47,396 bases of DNA from Thermoplasmata archaeon (GCA_020348445.1 CP070751.1:3318841-3366236); one strand, 5' to 3'. Positions 1 to 9,864 are shown, counted from the first letter of the stretch. Notes: generated by a model from the sequence alone, not told the origin. Numbers and translations are program-made.

Positions 1-2
1 AG

Positions 3-420
3 AAGATCACCGAGCTTGAGGAAAGCCTTAAAGTTGGAGAGGAAACCTTAAAATCTAGAGAGGAGGAGCTTGAGAAGTTAAAAAGTGAAATCGAGGAAAC
101 AAAGAAAGCGAAAGATGTTGAGGAATCTGAGAGGATCACTGAATTGGATTCAAAGATTAAGGAGCAGACTGATAAGATCTCAGAACTTGAGGAAAACCTG
201 AAGAAGGGAGAAGAAACTTTAAAATCTAAAGATGATGAGCTTGAAAAATTAAAGAGTGCAATTGAGGAAGCAAAGAAGGCAAAAGAGGTTGAGGAATCTG
301 AGAGAATCAGCGAATTGGACTCGAAAGTCAAGGAACAGAGCGAGAAGATCGCTGAGCTTGAAGAAAACCTGAAAGAGAAGGAAGAGACCCTCGAGGGCAA
401 GGAAAAGGAGCTGGACGGGC
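3..420 (+). repeat. 171-nt (57-aa) tandem repeat within the coiled-coil gene
   Basis: AAGATC..GA(G/A)CTTGA starts at 3, 174 and 345. Protein unit KI.ELEE.LK.GEETLKS...ELEKLKS.IEE.KKAK.VEESERI.ELDSK.KEQ..; the third copy is partial. Confidence 0.85.
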
Positions 421-3400
421 TTCGCCAAACTATTGAAGGAGATAAGATCACCTTAGAGGAGAAAAGGACGTCCCTGGAAGAAAAAGATAAGGAAATACAA
501 GAAAAATTAAAAGAAATTGAGAAAGGGAAAGAGGCCCTAGAAAGCAGGGAAAAGGAATTTGTAGATCAAAGAGAGGATGTGGAAAGGAAAAATGAAGATT
601 TATTGAAAAGAGAAGATGAAGTTCAAGCATTGAAAAATGATTTGGAGCAAAGGGAATCTGACATGCAAAAATCTGAAAAGGAATTTGAAAGCAAAAAGAG
701 TGAGCTTGAAGACCTTTTGAAGAGGGTAGAAGAGGAAAAAGAGGCTGTAAAAGGCGAGGAAAAGGAGAAGATCATCTCTTTGGAGGAGCAGATTGCCGAG
801 CTAAATTCAAAGATATCCAGATATGAGGGTGAAAAAGAGGATTTGAGGGAGTCTTTGAGTGCAAAGGAAAAGGAGCTTTTAGAATTTCAGTCCAAGTACG
901 ATGAGGAAAAGAAGGTCCAAGAAGAAAAAATGGCTGCAATAACCAAAGAAAGAGCTGAATTTGAGGAAAAGGGAAGGGCTATAGAGGAACAATTAAAACA
1001 ATTTGAAGAGGAGAAAACTTCTATATCGGACAAGGAGAAGGAAATTCAGGATAAAGACAAGGAATTTACAGAATTAAAAGAGGAGCTGGAAAAGACACAA
1101 AAGGACCTGTCCAAGAAAGAGGAGAGCCTAAAATCCCTTAAAAAGGAGCTAAAACAAAGGGAAAAGGAGCTCAAGAAATCAGAAAAGGGCCTTGAAAAGA
1201 AAAAGGACGAGGTACAAAGGCTACTTACAAGGGTGGAGGAGGAAAAAGAGGCTGTAAAAGGCGAGGAGCAGGAGAGAATACTAGCATTGGAGCAGCAGAT
1301 TTCGGATTTGAACTCAAAACTCTCCCAATATGAGAGTGAAAAGGAGGAGCATGATGAAATCCTTTCAGAAAGGGCAAGGGAACTGGATGAAATGAAGGTG
1401 GGCTATGAAAAAGAAAGGGATTCACTGGCTGAGCAAGTTGAGTCTCTTACCAAGGAGAAGGGAAGTTTAGAGGAGAGAGTAGCGGAGCTTGAGGATGATA
1501 TATCCAAATTCGCAAAAAGGGAGAAGAAACTCGGCAAAAAGGAGAAGGAGACCGAAACAAAGGAACAGGATCTGGAGGCAAGGGAGGATAGTCTAAGAAC
1601 CGAGGCAAAAGAGCTTGTGGAATTGGATAAAAGGCTCAAAGAACAGATGGCAGAGCTAGATGGCAAGGAAAAGGAATTTGAAAAGAAAAATAGGTCTTTG
1701 GAGAAGAAAATCGAGAGATTCACAAAACAAGATGCCGAATTTAGGCAGAGGAAGAAAGATCATAGCCTTGAGGCAATGCGTCTGGGCAGGGAAAGAAAGA
1801 AAATAGAGCGGGAAATCGCTGATATCGAGGAGTTAAGACAGGCCCAAGAGGATGAGAGAAAGGAAAAAGAGGATGCCTTAAAGGAGCTTGAAGATAAAAT
1901 CCAAAAGAGAAATGAGGAGCTGGACGGAAGGTCCGCGGAACTTGATGAGAGAAAGGACGAACTCGATGCCCAGGTAAAATCCCTTGAGGAACGCACAAAC
2001 GAATTGGTGCAGGAAAGGGCATCATTTGAGGAGCAAAGAAAGGAACTTGAGGAACTACAAGACACCATAGAGAGCCAAAGAAAGACCCTTGAAAAACAAA
2101 GCAACAGCGTTTCTCAGCAGATGGAAAAGCTCGAGGTAAAAAAGGAAGAACTCAAGGGCTCAAAAGAGGAGATAAGGGCCCTGGAAAGACAGAGAAAGAG
2201 CGAGGAAAAGGAGCTTCAAAGAAGAGAAAAGGAGCTGGAAAAGGAAGCATCAAGCCTTGAGGATGAGAGTACCAGGCTAAAAGAAAAGGAAAGTGAGCTT
2301 ACTGAATTTGAAAAGAGGCTTGCTGTGCGGCAAAAGGAATTGGATGGGCAAAAGGAAAGGCTGGAAGAAGAACTACAAAGCTCGAAGGAACAGAACAAGG
2401 AACTAAAGAGATTGATTCAAGATGCCCAGGAAAGAGAAAAGCAGATAGAGATTACCGAAGGAAAATTGAGTGTTTCACTGGAGGATTTTGCACTAAGACA
2501 AAGGGAGTTTAAGAAAAGGGAGAAGGCAGTGGAGGCCGAGGTCAAAAAGGTTCAGAAAATAAAGGGAGATATCGATGCAAAGGAGGCAGAATTCCAAGAG
2601 CGGGAGGCTGCGATACGCAGTGAAAGAAAGGAAATCGATAATCTGATGAAACAGGTGGATAAGAAGACCAAGAAGCAAGAAACTGTTGAAAAACGGTTAA
2701 AAGATATAGCCAAGGAGAACGCTGAGGCCAAACGGGCTCTCAAGGAAAGAGAAACCAGGTTGTATGATCAGGAAGATGATATACTCACCAGGATGGAGGC
2801 TTTAACAGAAAACGAGGCCAAGTTCGCCGCAGATATGGAGGTTTTGGCAAAAAGAGAGGGCGATCTTACGGACCGGGAAAAGAAGCTCGAAGGTTTGGAT
2901 GTGCAGCTTAAAACCCTCACCAAAACACTTGAGGGGAGGATGGAAGAGGTAACTTTCGAGAAGAAAAAACTTGAGGAGGAAAAGGCGAATTTGGAAAAAT
3001 TGGAAGGCAAATACAATACCAATGTCTCTGCTTTAAATGAAACGGAAAAGACGCTCAAGGACAGGGAAACAAGGATTTTGGATATAGAGGATAGGATGAG
3101 GAGGGAAGCCGAGCACCTTGAAAAGGACAGGGAAGCCTTAAAGGCAAAGGGTGAGGAGATAGAGACAGTGAAGGCAAGTGCTCTGGCTGTTATGAAGTAT
3201 GCAAAGACATTGCAGGAGAAAAAGAAGGAGGAGCTTTTAATCCAGTTAAAAAGAGAAAACGAGAGGCTGGATCAGCAGAGGGCAGATATCGAGAAGAAGT
3301 TGAAGGAAAAGGAAATGGCACTTGACACAAAGACAAAGAAAATCGAGGAGGTCTTGGCAGATGCTGTGGAGAGGTCCTCGCGACTGAAGTGGAAGGAAGA

Positions 3401-3791
3401 GGAGCTCGAGGTGGAAATGGGGAAGCTAAAACGGGAAAAGGAGGAAATCTCAGGTGTTTGGAAGAAATTCGAGGAGGAAACCAAATCATTGGCAGCTGCT
3501 GAGAAGAACCTGGATGCAACAATCGTAAATAAGGTGAAGACGGCAACTGCAAAGGAGAGAAAGAAATTTAACAAGAAGCTGGAGGATTTGAAAGCAAAGG
3601 AAAAGGAGCTAAAGGACAAGGAGCGGGAGCTAAAAAGAAGGGAGGATGCTTTTGGAGGAACAGGTGCCCTTGCCAAAAGAGAAAAGGAGCTTAAAAAACG
3701 GGAGGAGGCCCAAAAGAAGAGGGAAAAGGACCTCGAGAAGAGAAAGGAGCACCTCGATGAACTGAGAAAGATGTTAAGTGATCTACTATAA
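3..3791 (+). CDS. Giant Lys/Glu-rich coiled-coil protein, 5'-partial (>1260 aa)
   Basis: The frame of ORF 144..3791 stays open back to base 3 (KITELEESLKVGEETLKSREEELEKLK...), so TTG144 is not the real start. Continuous heptad-like E/K/L composition; no ABC signature, Walker B or TM segment in the visible part. Confidence 0.85.
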   Translation, partial: KITELEESLKVGEETLKSREEELEKLKSEIEETKKAKDVEESERITELDSKIKEQTDKISELEENLKKGEETLKSKDDELEKLKSAIEEAKKAKEVEESERISELDSKVKEQSEKIAELEENLKEKEETLEGKEKELDGLRQTIEGDKITLEEKRTSLEEKDKEIQEKLKEIEKGKEALESREKEFVDQREDVERKNEDLLKREDEVQALKNDLEQRESDMQKSEKEFESKKSELEDLLKRVEEEKEAVKGEEKEKIISLEEQIAELNSKISRYEGEKEDLRESLSAKEKELLEFQSKYDEEKKVQEEKMAAITKERAEFEEKGRAIEEQLKQFEEEKTSISDKEKEIQDKDKEFTELKEELEKTQKDLSKKEESLKSLKKELKQREKELKKSEKGLEKKKDEVQRLLTRVEEEKEAVKGEEQERILALEQQISDLNSKLSQYESEKEEHDEILSERARELDEMKVGYEKERDSLAEQVESLTKEKGSLEERVAELEDDISKFAKREKKLGKKEKETETKEQDLEAREDSLRTEAKELVELDKRLKEQMAELDGKEKEFEKKNRSLEKKIERFTKQDAEFRQRKKDHSLEAMRLGRERKKIEREIADIEELRQAQEDERKEKEDALKELEDKIQKRNEELDGRSAELDERKDELDAQVKSLEERTNELVQERASFEEQRKELEELQDTIESQRKTLEKQSNSVSQQMEKLEVKKEELKGSKEEIRALERQRKSEEKELQRREKELEKEASSLEDESTRLKEKESELTEFEKRLAVRQKELDGQKERLEEELQSSKEQNKELKRLIQDAQEREKQIEITEGKLSVSLEDFALRQREFKKREKAVEAEVKKVQKIKGDIDAKEAEFQEREAAIRSERKEIDNLMKQVDKKTKKQETVEKRLKDIAKENAEAKRALKERETRLYDQEDDILTRMEALTENEAKFAADMEVLAKREGDLTDREKKLEGLDVQLKTLTKTLEGRMEEVTFEKKKLEEEKANLEKLEGKYNTNVSALNETEKTLKDRETRILDIEDRMRREAEHLEKDREALKAKGEEIETVKASALAVMKYAKTLQEKKKEELLIQLKRENERLDQQRADIEKKLKEKEMALDTKTKKIEEVLADAVERSSRLKWKEEELEVEMGKLKREKEEISGVWKKFEEETKSLAAAEKNLDATIVNKVKTATAKERKKFNKKLEDLKAKEKELKDKERELKRREDAFGGTGALAKREKELKKREEAQKKREKDLEKRKEHLDELRKMLSDLL
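715..1400 (+). repeat. Dispersed intragenic duplication (two ~55-aa copies, 507 nt apart)
   Basis: GAGGCTGTAAAAGGCGAGGA at 741 and 1248; LLKRVEEEKEAVKGEEKEKIISLEEQIAELNSK vs LLTRVEEEKEAVKGEEQERILALEQQISDLNSK. Confidence 0.8.
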
Positions 3792-3849
3792 ATGTATCTA
3801 TGATTTTAAAAGCTATGGAAATATAATTCCAATTTGGGAGGTGAGCGAG

Positions 3850-4278
3850 ATGCAGTCAAAGGAAGAGATTAATCACATCGTGATAAAACTGGATGATGGT
3901 GAGGATCTATTAAGTGAGCTTGATAAGGTTATAGAAAAACACAATATCTATTCAGCTCTTATACTCTCGGGCATAGGCATGCTAAAGGATTTTAATATAG
4001 GTTATTATAACGGTAAAAATTACATCAAAGAAAATTTTGTGGATCCAATGGAGCTTCTGTCCATGCATGGAAGCATTGCAAAGGAAGGGGAGAGTAGGAT
4101 TCACATCCACGTTAGCTTAGCAAATAACGAGCACAAGGTATTGGGCGGGCATCTGTTTTCTGCCAAGGTGTGTGTCCTAAACGAGATAGTGCTTTTAAAG
4201 TTGAACGAGATGGTACTTTTACGGAAATTAAATGAGAAAAGTGGATTGGCAGAACTCGCCATTTTGGACGAAAAGTAG
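3850..4278 (+). CDS. PPC/DUF296 domain protein
   Basis: LSGIG, PMELLSMHGSI, HIHVSLA and VLGGHL motifs; RBS GAGGTGA before ATG3850. Confidence 0.9.
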   Translation: MQSKEEINHIVIKLDDGEDLLSELDKVIEKHNIYSALILSGIGMLKDFNIGYYNGKNYIKENFVDPMELLSMHGSIAKEGESRIHIHVSLANNEHKVLGGHLFSAKVCVLNEIVLLKLNEMVLLRKLNEKSGLAELAILDEK

Positions 4279-4437
4279 GAAAGTTCGGATTTTTCTCGGT
4301 ATTTTTTTCCATATCGAGGGAATCTCATATCCGCAACATGCTATAATTGGGGCTTAGTATACGATAACAATACTTAAGAAGGATTACGCATTTTCTATTT
4401 CCTTAAAGCCAAGAAGTGGGAAAACCAAGGGAGAAAA

Positions 4438-6324
4438 ATGACGCTTAAACTCAAAGAAAAGCTCCAGACTCGGCTGAAAAACGAATTCGAGATCTACGCG
4501 TTAATGGTAGTATTTGGAGTGTGGTACCTTCTTAATATTGGGGGTGCAATCAGAGGTGATGAGGCGATATTCACACTTCAGGGATACTATTTTATTAAAG
4601 GCAACATGTCTGCTGAGCAATTTAGGCCGATGTCCAGGTACTTCTTTGGATTAGGGCAGTTGATGTTCGGCAGAACTACTTTTGGTGCCAAAATATTTGT
4701 ATTGATTTTTGGAATACTCACGATTTACCTCACCTATCACGTGGCAAAGGATCTAAGCAATCGCCTAAACGGCTTCATTGCGGCCCTGATTCTCGGTATG
4801 ATCCCACTCTACGGTGATCTGTGCGTACAAGCCCTGATGGATATTATGTTGGCCTTCTTTGTGATGTTGTTGTTCTTCTTTTTAATTAAGTACGAAAGAG
4901 CCCAGGATATCATAAAAAAACAGAGATTCCTTTTCTTGGTGGGCATACTTTCGATTTGCACGTTGGCGACAAAACTCTACGGTGTGTTCTTCTCCTTGGT
5001 TGTGTTTATCATCCTTTTGCATGGTGAATGGAAAACCATAAAATCCATTCAATTGTTTAAACTCAAGAACATGGTCAAAAGATTTAAAAAGAATCTCGTT
5101 CTGTTGCCTGTGTTCGTGATATTGGGGGTGCTATTCGGTCTTCTGATGAGAGCCCAATTATCTGATTATTGGGAAGGTGCAGGTGAAAAGGGAAGGGCAG
5201 ATATCTTGGATCTTCTTCCTGGCTTCTTGGACAACATAGTCTTAAACATGGACGGTTCTGAGGCTTATGGATTTTTTATTGCTATTGGTGTTGTGCTCTT
5301 TTTCATATTTTGGATGATCTGCGCCCTTGTGGGTAGGGAAAGCCTTAGAACATTGAAATATCTGGCGACAAAAAAGGGGCTGGATAGACAATATCATTTA
5401 TTGATCTTTATATTGGGGGCCATCATCGGATTTATTATCATCTATTCACCATATATTCACAATCCCATCACTTTATTTACTCAGATTCTGGTGAACCAAA
5501 CAATTCACTTGAAACAGAGTTCCCCAAGGGAGGTGGGAGGTGTTATTTACGATACTGCACCCTGGTGGTCGTATCTGTATTGGATGTATATCTATCTTAG
5601 TATAACGTTCATTGTTGGTTTAATAGTTGGACTGTGCTACACAGCCTTTAAGTTCATAAAGAAGGAAAGTGTGGATAAGATGTACAATATGTTATTTTTG
5701 TACACGTTTATTCCTTTAGCACTTCTCAGCAGTCTCAGTTTGAAATTTTTCAATTATTTTGTGATCCTGTTTCCGCTGTTCTCAATATATATGGTCATCC
5801 AGGTCACCTCATTAGTGGAAAGAATCGGCAATAGGCTCCCAATAGGGACAATTAAAAGTAATACGAGAGTGCTTTCCGTATCCTCCATAGCAGTTTTGAT
5901 GCTTCTTCCTGGTCCATTGTGGATGACCCTCGATGATCCCAGTCTGGGATTCGATTCCGACTATGATGATGTGGGGGAACTCATAGTAGATTATGTGGAT
6001 GAACATCCTGATGATAACATACGAATAGTGGCTTTTGACATACTTGCAGTGGAATTCTATCTACCAGATAGAGTCCTTAATAAGGTAGAGATCATACCCC
6101 TTTTAGCAGATAACTTTTCCAAAGACATTCTCGGTAGATCTTATACTTATTATTCAGATGAGGTTATGGTTAGTATGTCACAGAATAATGAGATCCATAT
6201 GGTCGTTGATGAGCCAAGCAAAGGAAAAGATATAGAGAGCTTGATGAGGGGCTATGTCGTGGGTAATAACACAGCCATAAATCAAATTAATGATAACCTT
6301 TTTGTATACATTCTCGTTGAATGA
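4438..6324 (+). CDS. GT-C membrane glycosyltransferase (PMT/ArnT-like, GT39/GT83 type)
   Basis: DEAIF motif after the first TM, RPMSRYFFG...FGRTTFGAKIF, 11 or more TM segments, PWWSY motif, soluble C-terminal domain. Confidence 0.8.
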   Translation: MTLKLKEKLQTRLKNEFEIYALMVVFGVWYLLNIGGAIRGDEAIFTLQGYYFIKGNMSAEQFRPMSRYFFGLGQLMFGRTTFGAKIFVLIFGILTIYLTYHVAKDLSNRLNGFIAALILGMIPLYGDLCVQALMDIMLAFFVMLLFFFLIKYERAQDIIKKQRFLFLVGILSICTLATKLYGVFFSLVVFIILLHGEWKTIKSIQLFKLKNMVKRFKKNLVLLPVFVILGVLFGLLMRAQLSDYWEGAGEKGRADILDLLPGFLDNIVLNMDGSEAYGFFIAIGVVLFFIFWMICALVGRESLRTLKYLATKKGLDRQYHLLIFILGAIIGFIIIYSPYIHNPITLFTQILVNQTIHLKQSSPREVGGVIYDTAPWWSYLYWMYIYLSITFIVGLIVGLCYTAFKFIKKESVDKMYNMLFLYTFIPLALLSSLSLKFFNYFVILFPLFSIYMVIQVTSLVERIGNRLPIGTIKSNTRVLSVSSIAVLMLLPGPLWMTLDDPSLGFDSDYDDVGELIVDYVDEHPDDNIRIVAFDILAVEFYLPDRVLNKVEIIPLLADNFSKDILGRSYTYYSDEVMVSMSQNNEIHMVVDEPSKGKDIESLMRGYVVGNNTAINQINDNLFVYILVE

Positions 6325-6454
6325 TGGCTAAAAAGATTTAGGCCTAAAATAAAATCAATAATTAAAAATAGAATTCAAACTAACAAGCAGATAAACTTTA
6401 TCTATTTCAAGTTCGTTATACTCTCGATAGCTGGCAATTTCTGGTTGTGTACAG

Positions 6455-7228
6455 ATGTTATCAATAGTTGTACCTACCTACAATGAGAAAAGGAATATTC
6501 CACAGCTTCTTAAAAGGATATTTAAAGTGCTTGATGATAATGATATTGAGGGCGAGGTAGTGATTGTGGACGATAACTCCCCAGATGGGACGGCAGATTT
6601 GGCATGCAAACTGAAAAATAAATACAACGTTCAAGTGATATTACGAAAGAACCAGCGGGATTTTGCCTCTGCCGTATATACAGGCATAGATAAAGCAAAA
6701 GGTGATATTTTCTGCGTAATGGACGGTGATCTCAGCCATCCTCCTGAAATCCTTCCAATAATGTTCAATAAAATTGACGGGGGGGAAGCTGAGCTTGTTG
6801 TAGGCAGCAGACATGTGAAAGGTGGAGGTATTGAGAATTGGCCTGCAAGTAGGAAGTTGGTATCAAAATGCGCATCTCTTATCGCCAGGCCTTTAACCAA
6901 CGTGAAAGATCCCATGTCAGGTTTTTTCATGCTAAAAAAAGACGTTATAGACGGCGTTTGTCTAAGAACAGAGAACTACAACAAGGTATGCCTTGAAATA
7001 ATTGTTAAGGGAAATTATAACTGCGTAGTTGAAGTGCCATATATATTCAGGGACAGGGAAGAAGGTGAGAGCAAACTCGATGGCAAGGTTATTTTTAATT
7101 ACCTCTTTCACACACTAAGGCTTTACTTTGCAAAAAAAGGCGCATCTTCTAAGACCGAAAAACTTAATCTTGCTTCTGATGGAAGCTCAAATCAGTCTTC
7201 ATTTGATAATGGCCTAAAAAAGTGCTGA
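6455..7228 (+). CDS. Polyprenol/dolichol-phosphate mannose synthase-like GT2
   Basis: SIVVPTYNE, VDDNSPDGT, MDGDLSHPPE, LVVGSR, DPMSGFF, EVPYIFRDREEGESK. Confidence 0.9.
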   Translation: MLSIVVPTYNEKRNIPQLLKRIFKVLDDNDIEGEVVIVDDNSPDGTADLACKLKNKYNVQVILRKNQRDFASAVYTGIDKAKGDIFCVMDGDLSHPPEILPIMFNKIDGGEAELVVGSRHVKGGGIENWPASRKLVSKCASLIARPLTNVKDPMSGFFMLKKDVIDGVCLRTENYNKVCLEIIVKGNYNCVVEVPYIFRDREEGESKLDGKVIFNYLFHTLRLYFAKKGASSKTEKLNLASDGSSNQSSFDNGLKKC

Positions 7229-8154
7229 TAATGATGAATGCAAAAGAGTTGCTTAAGGAGATTGAATGCGACAATATATCAGGTGCTGTGGAGCTTGCGC
7301 AAAAAGCCATTAGATATCTTACTGTTTTCTCAGATTCCCTTGATTCTGAGGATCCGAGCATTTACCAAGAAAATATGATTGAAATTGGAAGACAGGTAAT
7401 AGACGCCCAGCCCTCAATGGCTCCCCTCTTCAATGTCGTTAATTGCGTGCTGTTTCAGGTTGAAGAAGGGGTAAAACGTGGGAGTTCTGTTGCAGAATTA
7501 AAAATAAAGATAAAATCGGTTCTAGAGGGATTACAAAAAGAATACGAAAACTCCCTGATAAAGATACAAAAACATTTTATTAACATAATTAAAGATGGGA
7601 GTACAATCATGACCCACAGCTACTCCTCCACTACAATCAAATCCTTGATTTTTGCACATCGCGAAGGAATAAAAATGAACGTCATGGTCACGGAATCCAG
7701 ACCTCTATATGAGGGGAGGAGGACGGCCCAGATATTGGCTGAAAATGGTATTAAAACCGTTTTAATAGCTGATATGGCCTCATTTTATTATCTGTCTGAT
7801 ATCGATTTGATACTCACAGGCTGTGACTGCATTTGTCAAGAGGGAATTGTCAACAAGATAGGAACAAAGGGACTGGCAATTGCTGCATCCCAATTTGATA
7901 TACCCTATTATATCGTCAGTGAGAAGAGTAAATTCCTGCCCTCGAAATACCTGCACCAACCGAAGATAGACGAGAGGGAATCAGATGAGATATTTGAGAA
8001 CCCTGGTAATATCCAGGTTAAAAACATCTACTTTGATATCACACCGCTTAGGTTTGTAAAAGATGTTATAACGGAAGAGGGGGTATTGAATACCCAGGAT
8101 GTCCCGGGGCTTCTGGATAAAATGGAAGTATTTGAAAGCTTAATTGTCAGGTGA
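7222..8154 (+). CDS. eIF-2B alpha/beta/delta family protein (aIF2B-like); start probably ATG7231/7234
   Basis: SGAVELA, QPSMAPL, THSYSST, VTESRPLYEG, GIVNKIGT, YFDITP. Confidence 0.85.
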   Translation: MLIMMNAKELLKEIECDNISGAVELAQKAIRYLTVFSDSLDSEDPSIYQENMIEIGRQVIDAQPSMAPLFNVVNCVLFQVEEGVKRGSSVAELKIKIKSVLEGLQKEYENSLIKIQKHFINIIKDGSTIMTHSYSSTTIKSLIFAHREGIKMNVMVTESRPLYEGRRTAQILAENGIKTVLIADMASFYYLSDIDLILTGCDCICQEGIVNKIGTKGLAIAASQFDIPYYIVSEKSKFLPSKYLHQPKIDERESDEIFENPGNIQVKNIYFDITPLRFVKDVITEEGVLNTQDVPGLLDKMEVFESLIVR

Positions 8155-8265
8155 TTTTCCCCTTAAGTTTTTGATAAGAACAACGATGGATTTACAGATA
8201 AAAATATTACATCAAAAAAATTATCAGACCTAAGCCCGATACCTGATAAACAAAGGAGTATAAAA

Positions 8266-8694
8266 ATGGAAATCAGAACCTTAAAAATCGAGGATTATGA
8301 CTCCTTAATTGCGTTATGGGAATCCGCGAATTTGCCCTACAAACCTCAGGGTAGGGACAGTAAACGGGAGATGAAAAGACAAATTGAATGCGATTCGGAC
8401 CTCATGCTAGGAGCATTTGAAGATGGAAATTTAATTGGTGTGATTTTCGGAACCGACGATGGAAGAAAGGGCTGGATCAATCGCCTAGCAGTTGAACCTT
8501 CGCATGAAAGAAAAGGTTTGGCCAAAAAGCTTATTCTGGCTGTGGAGGATGCTTTGAGGGCGCGAGGGCGTAAAATAATATGCACGCTCATTGAGGATTG
8601 GAACAAAGGCTCTTTGATTCTCTTTAAAAAAATGGATTATGTCAAGCATGAAGACATCTTTTATCTCTCCAAACGTGAGGATGATGACGTCTGA
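8266..8694 (+). CDS. GNAT N-acetyltransferase (YpeA-like)
   Basis: GTDDGRKGWINRLAVEPSHERKGLAKKL acetyl-CoA motif A; N...LF in motif B. Confidence 0.9.
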   Translation: MEIRTLKIEDYDSLIALWESANLPYKPQGRDSKREMKRQIECDSDLMLGAFEDGNLIGVIFGTDDGRKGWINRLAVEPSHERKGLAKKLILAVEDALRARGRKIICTLIEDWNKGSLILFKKMDYVKHEDIFYLSKREDDDV

Positions 8695-8721
8695 TAATAT
8701 GAACTTCGGGGGTGAACTGGA

Positions 8722-9864
8722 TTGTCTAAAATAAAATCTTTGATAGAAGAGCATGAAAAGCTGAGAAACTCGGGTATAAATCTCATTGCATCAGAAAACT
8801 ATCTTGCAGAAGGGGTGAGATGGGCCCTATCAAGTGATCTTGCTGGCAGGTACTTTTCATATTGGTACGGGGGAACAAAGTATGCGCAGGAGATCATCAA
8901 GGAAACCGAGGATCTGGCAAGGAAGATTTTCAAAGTCAAACATGCCATAGTGACGTCACTTTCCGGCAATATGTGCGATCTTTCAGTAATGTTCGCCTAT
9001 ACGAAGCCCGGGGATTTCGTGGCCATGATGACCCTTGACTCTGGAGGATATCCGCTGGGTGTTACGAAATTCCAAAGAAAATTGTTACCCCTGCCCGCCG
9101 ATAAATACACCTATCAGCTTGAAAAAGAGGAGGCAATAAGACTCATTTTAGAAAAAAAAGCACCATTGACAATATTGGGTGCTTCGTTTATCCCATTCCC
9201 CCATCCAGTTGGGGAAATATCGAAGAATATTTCTGATTCGAGCGCCTGCATTTATGATGGCTCGCATGTTCTGGGCCTTTTGGCATGTGGGAAATTCCAA
9301 GATCCGTTAAGAGAAGGGGCCGATGTTCTGATAGGAAGCACACATAAAAGTCTGTACGGCCCCCAGGGGGGTCTCATTCTAACTGACTCGGACCTTCATT
9401 TCGAGAAGCTTAAGAGGTTGCTGGATTTTGATATAGAGGAGGGACTGGGCCTTGTGGATAATCCCCATGTTAACAGGATAGCGGCCTTAGGATGCGCTTT
9501 GGAGGAATTATCAAAAGATACTGACTATGCAGATCGGGTGGTCGAGAATGCCAGGGCCCTTGCAGGTGCCTTGGTGGATATGGGCGTTCCTGTCAAATTC
9601 AAAAATAAGGGATTCACAGAGTCTCATCAGATATTCATAGACATAGGTGAGAAGGAAGCAGAATCCCTTTGTCGGAATCTTGAAGATGTGGGAATATTCA
9701 TGGATATCGCCGCAAGAATTGGAGTCGCCGAAATTACCCATAGGGGTATGAAAACCTCTGATATGGACTTTATCGCCTCTGCGATATCAGAAGTATATCA
9801 CGCCAAAAAACACCAACACCTCCAATCAGAGGTTATGAATTTTTCCAAGAAATTTTCATATTAA
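8722..9864 (+). CDS. Divergent serine hydroxymethyltransferase-family PLP enzyme
   Basis: INLIASEN, YDGSHVLGL, FQDPLREGAD, GSTHKSLYGPQGGLI (Schiff-base Lys), TESHQ, ARIG. Several canonical SHMT motifs are missing (see findings). Confidence 0.85.
   Translation: MSKIKSLIEEHEKLRNSGINLIASENYLAEGVRWALSSDLAGRYFSYWYGGTKYAQEIIKETEDLARKIFKVKHAIVTSLSGNMCDLSVMFAYTKPGDFVAMMTLDSGGYPLGVTKFQRKLLPLPADKYTYQLEKEEAIRLILEKKAPLTILGASFIPFPHPVGEISKNISDSSACIYDGSHVLGLLACGKFQDPLREGADVLIGSTHKSLYGPQGGLILTDSDLHFEKLKRLLDFDIEEGLGLVDNPHVNRIAALGCALEELSKDTDYADRVVENARALAGALVDMGVPVKFKNKGFTESHQIFIDIGEKEAESLCRNLEDVGIFMDIAARIGVAEITHRGMKTSDMDFIASAISEVYHAKKHQHLQSEVMNFSKKFSY

Noticed and set aside
3-420. Possible CRISPR or non-coding repeat array
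   Set aside because: The repeats are degenerate, in frame and lack spacers; they are protein repeats.
448-3676. Many minus-strand S/F/L-rich ORFs over the coiled-coil gene (also over the TPR, FKBP and AOR genes)
   Set aside because: Antisense shadows of K/E-rich or strongly biased coding sequence; no RBS or motifs.
3-3791. SMC/Rad50 call for the coiled-coil protein
   Set aside because: No ABC signature, Walker B, hinge or zinc hook in the visible 1260 aa.
7222-8154. Ribose-1,5-bisphosphate isomerase or MtnA
   Set aside because: Catalytic Cys replaced by Ser, and the RPT motif is replaced by QPSM.
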